Virus record (IMG/VR): IMGVR_UViG_3300032116_013561
Source of the DNA: an uncultured virus (IMG/VR IMGVR_UViG_3300032116_013561)
Lineage: Duplodnaviria; Heunggongvirae; Uroviricota; Caudoviricetes
DNA: 64,000 nt
Strand: one strand, 5' to 3'
Part shown: in pieces, positions 29,143 through 38,318 of the stretch
Layout of the letters: every line of letters starts with the position of its first letter
Position numbering within the stretch: the stretch's first letter is position 1
Position numbers and translations under genes: made by a program
Notes under the pieces: model-generated
The model's database searches: none
Seen by the model: the letters and a program-made list of their open reading frames with translations, nothing else
Told to the model about the DNA's origin: nothing

Positions 29143-30402
29143 TTATTTTGCAGGTACTGTTCCTGGTGGTAATACATACCCAGCAACTCTTCCTAAATTT
29201 GGAGTTCTAACAAAACAACCCATACCATTATGATAAACTTTACCATCCAATTTCCCTGATGTATTGCCTTCGATAGTTGTAACAACACCATTTACAACAG
29301 AAGCTACAATACCAATATGACAATAAGGTCTTTTTCCATTATAAATAATAGCTGCTCCAACAGCTGGTGTTGCTGACCATAAACCTTTCTTCTTTGCCCA
29401 AACAGGCCAATTAGGAACATATGGTATCCAAAAATCTAAGTCTTTTGGATTTACACCTGCTTCTTTCCACCACGTACCCACAGCACATGCACACCACCAA
29501 TAACCACTACCTTTTTTTGCTATTTCAGCTGCATTATTTAGACCGTTCAATTTTATCATATAATCAATTCTTCCAAATTCACCAAATGGTAATGCTCCAT
29601 TTCCTGTTGGTGATTTTTTACCACCACAATCGGCAAACGCACCAGCTGTATTTTTTGACTCAGCGATTCCAATATCAGTTTTTGCAACCTGTACTATTCT
29701 AGCTCCCAATTCTCCTGTTGTGAAATCTGTTGATAAATTTGTGTAGTTATCATCAGTCATATTTTGAATATTACCTTGACCTTTTGGAGCATATTCTTTT
29801 GGCTTAAATCTTGGTCTTGGTTTTGTTATTTTTTCAGCAGATTGCTCTATTGATAAATTATAATCACTGGCTAATTCTTCTTGCAGTTTTGCTACATAAT
29901 CTGTTGCTGTTTCATCATCCGATTGTATTGCTTCTGCTAGTTCTTGTGTTTTTACTTCTCTTTGTTCTTGAGTTAATTTGAAATCTTCTGGGGTTGGCGG
30001 TGGAGGGTCTGCATGAACTATTGGTTGCCAAGATCCTGCATTTGTTACTATGTTACTAATTACAGCTATATTTTGAGTTGCACCTTTTGCTGGTATTTTG
30101 GGTATTGGGTATTGATTTAATTCAGCCCCTGCCCAATAAGCTAACACACCCTGTCCCATTTCACCAACTAAATCATATGGAGCTTTTGAATTAACTCCTT
30201 TTTCTAAAGCTGCTCTGAAAAATTGTTTCATAGCTTGAACATTTCCTCTTTTTATTGAAACATTATTAATAACATCTCCACCTCTTTTTATAGCAGCATC
30301 ATATTCCGTTGCATACAATTCTGCAATTGTATCAATATCGGGAATCCCATCAGGATTATCAGCAACATTTAATATATTTCTTCTAAACGTTTCCCAAGAC
30401 AT
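29143..30402 (-). CDS. Virion-associated CHAP-domain peptidoglycan hydrolase
   Basis: WWCACAVGTWW, PAVGAAIIY, HIGIV and TTIEGNTS CHAP motifs. Confidence 0.85.
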   Translation of the reverse strand: MSWETFRRNILNVADNPDGIPDIDTIAELYATEYDAAIKRGGDVINNVSIKRGNVQAMKQFFRAALEKGVNSKAPYDLVGEMGQGVLAYWAGAELNQYPIPKIPAKGATQNIAVISNIVTNAGSWQPIVHADPPPPTPEDFKLTQEQREVKTQELAEAIQSDDETATDYVAKLQEELASDYNLSIEQSAEKITKPRPRFKPKEYAPKGQGNIQNMTDDNYTNLSTDFTTGELGARIVQVAKTDIGIAESKNTAGAFADCGGKKSPTGNGALPFGEFGRIDYMIKLNGLNNAAEIAKKGSGYWWCACAVGTWWKEAGVNPKDLDFWIPYVPNWPVWAKKKGLWSATPAVGAAIIYNGKRPYCHIGIVASVVNGVVTTIEGNTSGKLDGKVYHNGMGCFVRTPNLGRVAGYVLPPGTVPAK

Positions 30403-30405
30403 AAA

Positions 30406-31644
30406 TTAAGCAGTTGAATTAAGTTCACTTAAAATAGTTTTTAATTTTGATTTTATATTATTAAAAGTTGGTAAATTTTCAGGTCCAATTTTAGAAGGAC
30501 CGGAAGGTGTTAAATAATTTTGTTTAGCTATTGCATCAATCAATTCAGTTAATAAATCAACCAATTTATTTCCTTTTACTATTGGTTCTAATTGTACGTT
30601 TCCTAAATTAATTTTTCCGTTTTTTGTATTTAAGTTTATATTTCTATCATTGGTTGTTACATTAATATCCGCACCAACATTAACTTCTATACCAAGTGCA
30701 TTATCTATTGATAACGCACCATCTGAAATAAATCCATAGTTCTTTTTTGAAAAAAACATCATTTCAGCATTCTTTGAAGATAATATGATTCTACCAGAAT
30801 TCATTATAATTTGGTCTCCAATTAATTTTTCGGGATAGTTTTTGAAAGATGTTGGGTTTGTATTAAAATCAGAATTACCTTTACTATCAACTGTTCCTGG
30901 TAAAAATTGAGATTGGTATTTATCAGAAGTAATCGCTATTGTACTACCATCTTTATTAATATCTTCGATTGTTGTTACAGTTATAAGATTTTGTCTTGAA
31001 TTTGAATTTTCTGAATTTCTTATAATGATTGATGGTGAAAATTCATTTCTATCATTATTATAAGCTGAAAACCTTATAGATTGTCCAAATCTAGATTCTA
31101 TAATACTATCACCTTCAAACAATTTTAATTTATGAATTCCTTTTTGTGGACTAAAATAATCACCAAATCCATCAAATTTATTTTGACTTGAATTAGTTGA
31201 TTTTGGAAGACCTGTATTTTCTACAATTTTATAATCAGTAGATGAGTTTTGTTCCTGAACTGCTGGATAAGTTTTTTTAATATATTCAGGATCTGAATTA
31301 ATGTTTGGTGTTTGTTCTGCTCCAATTCTTCTATATAACGTATTACCACCACCTGTACTAATGATTTCTACTACCTCATTTCTAACAGGTAAACTTTTAA
31401 TTACCTTTTCAGATGGGAATGCTAAAGGTAAATTTTTTTCATTATTTTGAGTAAGACCGGTATATCTGAATTCAATAGCTCCAACTAATTGTGTTTTTTC
31501 TTCAATATTTTCTGAGTTTTTTATTCTAGGATGATTTTCATCTAATATTACAGAATAAACTACACCTGTGCCTGGCGTGCTTCTTGCTTTTTCATTACCT
31601 TGCGCAACAATATTTGTTGATATTGTAGAATTTTGTATTGCCAT
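30406..31644 (-). CDS. Baseplate central spike / hub (gp5/gpV-like)
   Basis: N-terminal OB-like LPVRNEVVEI; FEGDSIIESRFGQSIRFS; beta-helix-like repeats; EPIVKGNKLVDLL...TPSGPS C-terminus. Confidence 0.7.
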   Translation of the reverse strand: MAIQNSTISTNIVAQGNEKARSTPGTGVVYSVILDENHPRIKNSENIEEKTQLVGAIEFRYTGLTQNNEKNLPLAFPSEKVIKSLPVRNEVVEIISTGGGNTLYRRIGAEQTPNINSDPEYIKKTYPAVQEQNSSTDYKIVENTGLPKSTNSSQNKFDGFGDYFSPQKGIHKLKLFEGDSIIESRFGQSIRFSAYNNDRNEFSPSIIIRNSENSNSRQNLITVTTIEDINKDGSTIAITSDKYQSQFLPGTVDSKGNSDFNTNPTSFKNYPEKLIGDQIIMNSGRIILSSKNAEMMFFSKKNYGFISDGALSIDNALGIEVNVGADINVTTNDRNINLNTKNGKINLGNVQLEPIVKGNKLVDLLTELIDAIAKQNYLTPSGPSKIGPENLPTFNNIKSKLKTILSELNSTA

Positions 31645-31645
31645 A

Positions 31646-32038
31646 TTACTTTACCGCTTTTTTAAGTTCTTCCAATTCAAATTCTAAATCATCTACTCTT
31701 TCTACTTCTTGTTTAGTTTCTTCTAATTCTCTAAGAAGTTGATTTTTTTCAAACTCAGTAAGGAATCCTTCTTGTCCCTCACTTTTCTTTTCAGCCGCTA
31801 CAATCTTTTGTGCAATTGATGCAAGTTTCACTAATTGGTCATCATTTTTTACCGATGAATCAATTAATCCTTGAAGTACAGGTCCTACCGTAGCAACATC
31901 GCCTGCATGTTTTACCATTTTCTTCAATTCTTCTATAAGAGAAGATATTTTTTGTTTTTTAGATACTTGGTTGTTGTAAATATCTTCAAATAGGGAACTT
32001 AGATTTTTACCCTTAAATAACTCGAAATCTGTTGACAT
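31646..32038 (-). CDS. Hypothetical helical protein
   Basis: ORF with ATATTTAT motif at 32062-32069. Confidence 0.6.
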   Translation of the reverse strand: MSTDFELFKGKNLSSLFEDIYNNQVSKKQKISSLIEELKKMVKHAGDVATVGPVLQGLIDSSVKNDDQLVKLASIAQKIVAAEKKSEGQEGFLTEFEKNQLLRELEETKQEVERVDDLEFELEELKKAVK

Positions 32039-32090
32039 ACTAATTCTTTTAATGTATGTCTATAAATATGTATATCAGGAAAAGTTGGGA

Positions 32091-32903
32091 TTAAACTGAG
32101 ATTATCTCAATTTTAATCTTAGGTTGGTATCCTTTTGGTAATTGATTGTTTATACCTTTGAATTCTTTTACCTTATCTTTGAAATAAGTAATTTGTAATA
32201 TACGGTCGGTAAGATTCATTACCGTTTGAGATGATGTAGACATTTCTTTTGTATCTCTTTTCATATTCAATTGAGGTCTATTTGGAAAGAACTCTTTTCT
32301 CATAGCCTGTGCAATTTCTGTCCAATCTTCAACTTTATCAACTGATTTTTCAGCTGATATTTTTCTCATCTTTGAACTTAGGTATTTCTCACCATGTGTA
32401 TATCCCGCATCGGTAAACATATGTCCGTGATTTGTACGAACAACGGGTGATTCGGTATTTTGTAATTTAATATCAGGTTTATGTTTAGATGTAGTTTCTA
32501 CACTAATCATATGTTTTGGTGAAGATATGAATGTGTGACCTTTGAGAGATAATCCACTTTTACCTTTGTATGTAATTGTTGCTTTAAGAGCATCTTTTAG
32601 TGTAGGTTGTTTGATGATATTTCTCATCTTATCACCGTCAGGACCAGGCTTACCACCTTTCTTTACAATCTTATGCTCAGCCTCATCATGTCCAACCAAT
32701 AGTGCTGAATTAACTACTCCAATTCCTTTTTCGTTTAATCCTTCACTCCAGTCAGTTACTAAATCATGTAGGTATGCAACTTCCACACCATCTATAATAG
32801 TGTGAACAATTTCTAAAGATGGATTGTAAGCTCTATCTCTATTTTTAGCTAAGATAAACTTATCTCCAACTTCTTTGGATACAATAATACATTCGTTTAT
32901 CAT
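32091..32903 (-). CDS. N-terminal nucleophile (Ntn) hydrolase, C45/NRDE-like
   Basis: C-IIV...ILAKNRDR, SEGLNEKGIGVVNSAL, VVRTNH and TSSQ motifs of Cys-nucleophile Ntn hydrolases. Confidence 0.7.
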   Translation of the reverse strand: MINECIIVSKEVGDKFILAKNRDRAYNPSLEIVHTIIDGVEVAYLHDLVTDWSEGLNEKGIGVVNSALLVGHDEAEHKIVKKGGKPGPDGDKMRNIIKQPTLKDALKATITYKGKSGLSLKGHTFISSPKHMISVETTSKHKPDIKLQNTESPVVRTNHGHMFTDAGYTHGEKYLSSKMRKISAEKSVDKVEDWTEIAQAMRKEFFPNRPQLNMKRDTKEMSTSSQTVMNLTDRILQITYFKDKVKEFKGINNQLPKGYQPKIKIEIISV

Positions 32904-33478
32904 ATGGTTGGTAATCCTTGTTGTTGTGCAAATTTATTTATAAACTTTTTTGTAGTACCATCACTCAACACACCAGTCCATTCTTTAACAGCTTCTCTAG
33001 TTATATTATTTTTCCATTGTTTATAGCTTATTGTTAATCCGTTTTTTAATGGAATATCTTTACTATTTTCGTTTTTATCAGGGTGTATTTCTTTGAATGT
33101 TTTTTCTAATTCTTCTTGTGCTATTTTAGAACTTAACCATTTACTAACTAATGATTTTTCATATTGAAACTTATCCCAATCTAAACTTTTTTGTTTCATA
33201 TATTGTTTGGTATCTTTTAATTTTTCAAATTCCGCCTCAAACTCTTTTATTTTTTTATCATTTTTAAGTGTAAAGTAAACGTATTTATTAAAATTAGTAT
33301 TATTACCAATTCTGTCTAACCATTTTATATGTGGTTCTTGTGTATAATTTTTATATTCGGATTTATTTCTGATACCTCTTATGACCTGACTAATTACAAA
33401 TATAGCCACATTTACAAATAGCCATGTTACAGCTTCTTGTACAAAACTTTCTTTTATTAATGATTTTAACTTTATCAT
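32900..33478 (-). CDS. Putative internal head protein with MIKLKSLIKE leader
   Basis: Start moved to 33478, just after the upstream stop, which gives the shared leader; one hydrophobic segment. Confidence 0.6.
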   Translation of the reverse strand: MIKLKSLIKESFVQEAVTWLFVNVAIFVISQVIRGIRNKSEYKNYTQEPHIKWLDRIGNNTNFNKYVYFTLKNDKKIKEFEAEFEKLKDTKQYMKQKSLDWDKFQYEKSLVSKWLSSKIAQEELEKTFKEIHPDKNENSKDIPLKNGLTISYKQWKNNITREAVKEWTGVLSDGTTKKFINKFAQQQGLPTI

Positions 33479-33479
33479 A

Positions 33480-33782
33480 TTATTTACAGGTCTTCCAACC
33501 ACCACCTTTTGATTTGTAATTTTTTGCAGCCCATCCATTTGCATATGCTGATGGATATACATCAAACTTTCTTTTAGCTGCCGCTTTTGATGCTGACCAC
33601 TTTTCTGGGTCAGTTGGACAATTCTTTTCTAAAAATAATTCTAAAGCTTCTTCTACCAACTCGTTTTTCTTTCTACCCTGACAATGTGCTTTTTGTGAGA
33701 ATCCTTTTGGGTTGTTACAATCAATAGAGCGCTTATACTTCTGGCTCCATTTTTCATTAATTATATCGGTTAGCTTTATCAT
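33480..33782 (-). CDS. Putative internal head protein (MIKLTDIINE leader), basic
   Basis: Shared leader; modules KWSQKYKRSIDCNNPKGFSQKAHCQGRKK and KFDVYPSAYANGWAAKNYKSKGGGWK. Confidence 0.65.
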   Translation of the reverse strand: MIKLTDIINEKWSQKYKRSIDCNNPKGFSQKAHCQGRKKNELVEEALELFLEKNCPTDPEKWSASKAAAKRKFDVYPSAYANGWAAKNYKSKGGGWKTCK

Positions 33783-33785
33783 AGT

Positions 33786-34403
33786 TTAACTTTTTGCTAT
33801 TATATCATTACCAGTCCAATCACCATTTCTTACTTCAATTCTATCATTGTATTGAAATGCTGACCATTTGCCTGGTAGTTTTCCTATATTCTTCTTAATA
33901 TAAGATAAATATATTCTACCTCTTTTTGAATCAACATCACTTTCAAGTCCTTTGAAATCTGCTTTTGGATAAATGTGAATTCCATTTACCTTAATATCAT
34001 CATCAACACCTTTCACAAAATCTTTTATAGTTTCAATTACAGTAGCCATTAAACTATACATTTCTCCAAAACCGGTTTCATATTCATCCCTTGCTCTCTT
34101 TACATTAAATCCAATTGAAACTTCCATTTCGTATTTATCTTTTGGTGGGTCTTTTCTTTTTTGACCAGGTAATACCAAAATCATAGGGTTCTTTTTTCTT
34201 AAAATACAAGCAAATTTTACCAAATAACGAGACTTATCACCAATTACTTCATACACAAAATCTTTTTGCTTTGTATATTTGTCAATTGTTGATGCCGTTT
34301 TTAGTGATTTGAAAAATGAACTGAAATTACCTTTTCTATTGTATGAAAATGGTTTTGCTGAACCTTCTCCAACCTCTGATAATATCTTTTTTAGTGAAAT
34401 CAT
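33786..34403 (-). CDS. Putative internal head protein (MISLKKILSE leader)
   Basis: Shared leader; TAATG coupling. Confidence 0.6.
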   Translation of the reverse strand: MISLKKILSEVGEGSAKPFSYNRKGNFSSFFKSLKTASTIDKYTKQKDFVYEVIGDKSRYLVKFACILRKKNPMILVLPGQKRKDPPKDKYEMEVSIGFNVKRARDEYETGFGEMYSLMATVIETIKDFVKGVDDDIKVNGIHIYPKADFKGLESDVDSKRGRIYLSYIKKNIGKLPGKWSAFQYNDRIEVRNGDWTGNDIIAKS

Positions 34404-34717
34404 TATGCACCTGTCTTAACAAATGTTGGTTTTTGACCTTTTGATTTTTCACCGCCTTTCTTAGCATCTCCTGCTTTTGATTGTGCAGCTCTTTTTCTTT
34501 TTACAAATGCCGCTCTACCATCAGGTCCTAACTTAGCTGCTTTTTCTTTTGATAGGCAAGCTGCGTATGGGTCTCCTGCTTTTGAATCACCACACTTACC
34601 AACCTTCTTACCTTGTGCATTGTATCTATCCCAACCACCACCAGTTGTAGAACCAGTCTTGCCCTTACCAAACCACTTACGAAGGTCTTCTCCTAATATG
34701 TCTTTAAGTAATATCAT
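34403..34717 (-). CDS. Putative internal head protein (MILLKDILGE leader), very basic
   Basis: Shared leader followed by DLRKWFG; Lys-rich. Confidence 0.65.
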   Translation of the reverse strand: MILLKDILGEDLRKWFGKGKTGSTTGGGWDRYNAQGKKVGKCGDSKAGDPYAACLSKEKAAKLGPDGRAAFVKRKRAAQSKAGDAKKGGEKSKGQKPTFVKTGA

Positions 34718-35064
34718 TAGTTGATGTAAGCGTTTAGTTCATATTCGTTTTGCCCACCATACATACTTCTAACTAAAGAACCATCAGAATCTCTTTTGAA
34801 AGTACCCATATTATAAACTTGAATATGTAGCATTTTCTTTTGTGGTTTTCCATCTTTAGTTAATTCAATTGAAAATCTATTTGTCTTACCAGCAGATGGT
34901 TTTCTAGGGCCCATTCCTATTTTTCTAAAAGAATCTTCATCATCAACTTCATATCCTTTTTTCTCCGCATATGCTTTAGCTGTAGCTATTGCTGCTGAGT
35001 ATGTTTTATGATATACTTGATAATCTGATTTTGCTTCTGTTATTAAATCTTTTAACTTTATCAT
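34717..35064 (-). CDS. Putative internal head protein (MIKLKDLITE leader)
   Basis: Shared leader; TAATG coupling. Confidence 0.6.
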   Translation of the reverse strand: MIKLKDLITEAKSDYQVYHKTYSAAIATAKAYAEKKGYEVDDEDSFRKIGMGPRKPSAGKTNRFSIELTKDGKPQKKMLHIQVYNMGTFKRDSDGSLVRSMYGGQNEYELNAYIN

Positions 35065-35065
35065 A

Positions 35066-35338
35066 TTAAAATGCTATTGTTACTAAATCACCATCAGCTT
35101 CTATCCAACGAACTTTAAGTGCTAATAACTTTTTTAGTGTATTAGCATCAAATCTATATCCGCTACCAAAGTTACCACTTGCTTCTATATCAACAATCAT
35201 TCCGTGAATACCATCAAATATTTGAGAGTGCTTTCCACCTATGATTTTTTCAAATGCTTGAACCTGCTTTTGATGAACTGGTTTCAATTCTTTATACATC
35301 ACTTCCGATGCTTCGTTAATTTGTGTTAGCTTTATCAT
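35066..35338 (-). CDS. Putative internal head protein (MIKLTQINE leader)
   Basis: Shared leader, one residue shorter. Confidence 0.6.
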   Translation of the reverse strand: MIKLTQINEASEVMYKELKPVHQKQVQAFEKIIGGKHSQIFDGIHGMIVDIEASGNFGSGYRFDANTLKKLLALKVRWIEADGDLVTIAF

Positions 35339-35994
35339 TATTTTTTAACTTTAATTTTCCAATAAGTACCAAATCCAACATAAGGTGAGAATGAACCATT
35401 AGTTCCATCAGTAGTTCTATTGTTTACACCTAAACCAAATTGATAAATTTTATCTTTTTTAGTTTTTAAGATTAAACCAGCTCCAACTGCAGATACATAA
35501 TCTTCTTTGTTAAACCCAGCATTCAAACCATAATAAAGTTGTGCTTTTGCAGGTTCTTTAACAATAAGTTCTTCTTTGATGATTCTTTCTTTTACTTTAG
35601 CATCCCAAGTTCTACCTAATATTCTATTCTTTGTGATAGTATCCGTTAATGCAATAGTTCCCAATCCACCATCTAAAGTTAGGGTATCTTTGTAAACAAT
35701 CTTTGCTAAGTAATCTTTAAGGATTGCTGCACTATCTACATTTATCATTTCTTTAAGTACTAAAGTATCTACATCAATTACTTCATGTACAATATCTTTT
35801 CCTTTCTTAGTAACTACTTTTACTTTCTCTACTTCAACAGTATCTATCGTATGTTTTATAACTTCGTATTTTTTACCATCAATTCTGATAGTTCTTCCGC
35901 CTGGCATAACTCCACCTGGGTTAAACCATTGTAATAAAATCCAAATTACCAATGCGGCAATGGCAATGTTTTTGAAATTAACAAATTTTTTCAT
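35338..35994 (-). CDS. Membrane-anchored envelope protein with C-terminal amphipathic beta strands
   Basis: N-terminal TM (IAIAALVIWILLQWF); five D-S/T-hydrophobic sequons; C-terminal strands LYYGLNAGF, VGAGLIL, YQFGLGV, PYVGFGTYWKI. Confidence 0.6.
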   Translation of the reverse strand: MKKFVNFKNIAIAALVIWILLQWFNPGGVMPGGRTIRIDGKKYEVIKHTIDTVEVEKVKVVTKKGKDIVHEVIDVDTLVLKEMINVDSAAILKDYLAKIVYKDTLTLDGGLGTIALTDTITKNRILGRTWDAKVKERIIKEELIVKEPAKAQLYYGLNAGFNKEDYVSAVGAGLILKTKKDKIYQFGLGVNNRTTDGTNGSFSPYVGFGTYWKIKVKK

Positions 35995-36020
35995 AAGGTA
36001 TTATTTTTGTGTATAAATAT

Positions 36021-37436
36021 TTACAAAACCAATTTAGAACCAATTTGGAAGTTGTTCATAATAGTAAACTTAGGTTCTAAAGATAATACAGCCCTATAAG
36101 CTGCTGAAAATGCGAATCTTTTACTAAGTCTGAAATCATATCCACTTCCCACAACAAAACCAGGTATTCTTGTCACCAATGTTCCCTTTGTTGATGGATT
36201 GTAACTAATTGGTGAATTCATATAGAATATTTGTGGTGAAATTGTGGTTTTACGATTGATTTGGTAAGGTTTAGTCCAAAATCCCACAAATGATGTCAAC
36301 AAATTCAAATTATATTTTTGAGTCATTGGATTTTTAATTTGTAATGCAATAACACCAACATTGTATCCATAAGTTCCCCATTTAGGATGTGGTTTTACAT
36401 AGGTATATCCTAACATTTGCATCCAAGTTCCTTTCAGATACGCTGCGGTTACTGAATATGAATGAATACCATTTAATTTACCTTCTTCAAAATCCATCTT
36501 TGTCATACCACCACTAACTGCGTATTGGTCTAACGTACTCCAAATAAGTGCGGTAGCAGAATAAGATTTATCACCCATAAGAGATGATTTAGATATACCA
36601 ACACTTGCCAATGCTGCATATTTTCCTTCCATATCTTGAGTTCCTGCTAAATCTGCTGAAACTAACATAGGATTTACTGCATTCTTTCCTTTCTTTTTAT
36701 CATCCTTCTTTTCCTCTTTTTTCTCCTCTTTCTTTTCTTCCTTTTTTTCTTCGGATTTAGATTCTTCTTTCTTTTCTTCCGATTTACTTTCACTCTTTTG
36801 CTCTTCCTGCTTCTGCTCAGATTTTTGTTCACTCTTTTGTTCTGATGAAGATGATGAACTACTACTCTCCGATTTAGTTTCAGAAGATGAAGATGATGAG
36901 CTGCTTGAGCTGGATGAAGATGAACCAGAACTACTGCTAGAACTTCCAGAAGTAGTGCTTCCTGATGATGAAGATGTAGGTGGTGGTGTAGAACTAGCCG
37001 ATGAAGATGCTGCCGCTGATGCGGAACTGCTTGCTGCTGAACTTGCTGATGATGAAGCGGCTGAACTAGCAGCAGATGATGCAGCTGAACTTGCTGCCGA
37101 TGCCGCTGCTGATGCTGCTTGGGATGTTGCCTGATTTACAGTTTGGTTTACAGTTTGTTGCACCACCTGATTAGTAGGACAACCCATTGTAGAATATTGT
37201 GCGTAAACGGTTGTCAACCAAGCCTGTGTAACACCACTCATTACTTCAGTTGCAGTAAATGTTCTGACCTGATTATAGAATGATACCACATAGTTACCAT
37301 TCACCATTTGTGTTGTAACTAGCTTTAATTCACCAGTACACTTGTCCACATAGGATTGGGTATAAGTTTGCCCGCTCACATTTTGTGTGAACAGGCAACT
37401 TAATACCAATAAAAAAATACTTAGATATTTTACCAT
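36021..37436 (-). CDS. Secreted protein with Ser/Ala and Lys/Glu linker and C-terminal outer-membrane beta-barrel
   Basis: Signal peptide VSG|QTY; long low-complexity linker; about 215 aa of alternating strands ending NNFQIGSKLVL. Confidence 0.65.
   Translation of the reverse strand: MVKYLSIFLLVLSCLFTQNVSGQTYTQSYVDKCTGELKLVTTQMVNGNYVVSFYNQVRTFTATEVMSGVTQAWLTTVYAQYSTMGCPTNQVVQQTVNQTVNQATSQAASAAASAASSAASSAASSAASSSASSAASSSASAAASSSASSTPPPTSSSSGSTTSGSSSSSSGSSSSSSSSSSSSSSETKSESSSSSSSSEQKSEQKSEQKQEEQKSESKSEEKKEESKSEEKKEEKKEEKKEEKKDDKKKGKNAVNPMLVSADLAGTQDMEGKYAALASVGISKSSLMGDKSYSATALIWSTLDQYAVSGGMTKMDFEEGKLNGIHSYSVTAAYLKGTWMQMLGYTYVKPHPKWGTYGYNVGVIALQIKNPMTQKYNLNLLTSFVGFWTKPYQINRKTTISPQIFYMNSPISYNPSTKGTLVTRIPGFVVGSGYDFRLSKRFAFSAAYRAVLSLEPKFTIMNNFQIGSKLVL
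36700..37160 (-). repeat. Low-complexity coding repeats (QTVN, SSAAS, poly-Ser, EEKK)
   Basis: Visible in the translation; codons are varied, so it is not a perfect DNA tandem repeat. Confidence 0.8.
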
Positions 37437-37437
37437 T

Positions 37438-38259
37438 TTAGAAATTAAGTCCTAAACCAAATTGGACATAATCTCTAATAGGGTCAGTGTCAAACTTGAT
37501 TGTAAAGTTTTTAATGTCATACATAACACCGACCTTCGCTGTAACAAAATTTGAATTGTACTTAGGGAAAGTTATTTCACCCAAAGCATCTTTACCTCTC
37601 CATCTTACTATCTCTCTACCAGCACCTATCATTGTATGGAAGCCGGTTCTTTTGTATCGGATACCACCACCAACATAAAACGTTCTTTCTTTTTTAAGGT
37701 CTGAAATTAGTGGGAAATCTACTCTACCAATTGTACCATAAGGAAAGAAAGTAGAACGGTCAGTTGCATAAGTTGAAACAAAATCCATTATGAAATATCC
37801 TTTGTTACCAACTGCGAAATAACCACCGATTTGTTCGTTTGTTGTTTTGTGTAAACCAAAATTTATGATAGGTTTTTTACCTCTTATAGTATCTTTCCTA
37901 CCATCATTGTAAACATATACTCTTGCAGGTTGACGGTATCCCCAATCATTCCAATACCACATAGGAGTATAGAAGTTCCAACCGAAACCAGGTGCTCCCC
38001 ACATATCCCATCTATTCCAACCCCATCCCCAATTGTTCCAACCCCAAGGATTGTTGTTGATGATGATGTTTGAGCCAGGCTTTGTTTGTGGTCTATTAAA
38101 CTCTCTAGGTGATTGGTTTCTCCACATACTCATATCACTTCTCTGTCCTTGAACAGATGGAGTTGATACTCTAGGTTGTGGTGGATTAGTTCTCCAAGAG
38201 GAGACTTGAGATAATGCAACTAATGGTAGTAACATTATTAAGAATAATAGTTTTTTCAT
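37438..38259 (-). CDS. Outer-membrane beta-barrel protein with W/G/N-rich N-terminal region
   Basis: Signal peptide ALS|QVS; NNNPWGWNNWGWGWNRWDMWG tract; terminal strand YVQFGLGLNF ending in Phe. Confidence 0.7.
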   Translation of the reverse strand: MKKLLFLIMLLPLVALSQVSSWRTNPPQPRVSTPSVQGQRSDMSMWRNQSPREFNRPQTKPGSNIIINNNPWGWNNWGWGWNRWDMWGAPGFGWNFYTPMWYWNDWGYRQPARVYVYNDGRKDTIRGKKPIINFGLHKTTNEQIGGYFAVGNKGYFIMDFVSTYATDRSTFFPYGTIGRVDFPLISDLKKERTFYVGGGIRYKRTGFHTMIGAGREIVRWRGKDALGEITFPKYNSNFVTAKVGVMYDIKNFTIKFDTDPIRDYVQFGLGLNF

Positions 38260-38278
38260 AGGTCCTCCTTTTTGTACC

Positions 38279-38314
38279 TATAAATATAAAAAAAGGGAGT
38301 TTAGTACTCCCTTT
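38279..38314 (-). terminator. Terminator fused to late-type promoter, copy 1
   Basis: Minus strand AAAGGGAGT-ACTAA-ACTCCC-T7-ATATTTATA. Confidence 0.8.
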
Positions 38315-38318
38315 CGTT

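Noticed and set aside
25058..31644. Bacterial contractile injection system or T6SS locus
   Set aside because: Baseplate genes sit with primase, SbcCD, a gp55-like sigma, phoH and putative head proteins, which fits a phage genome.
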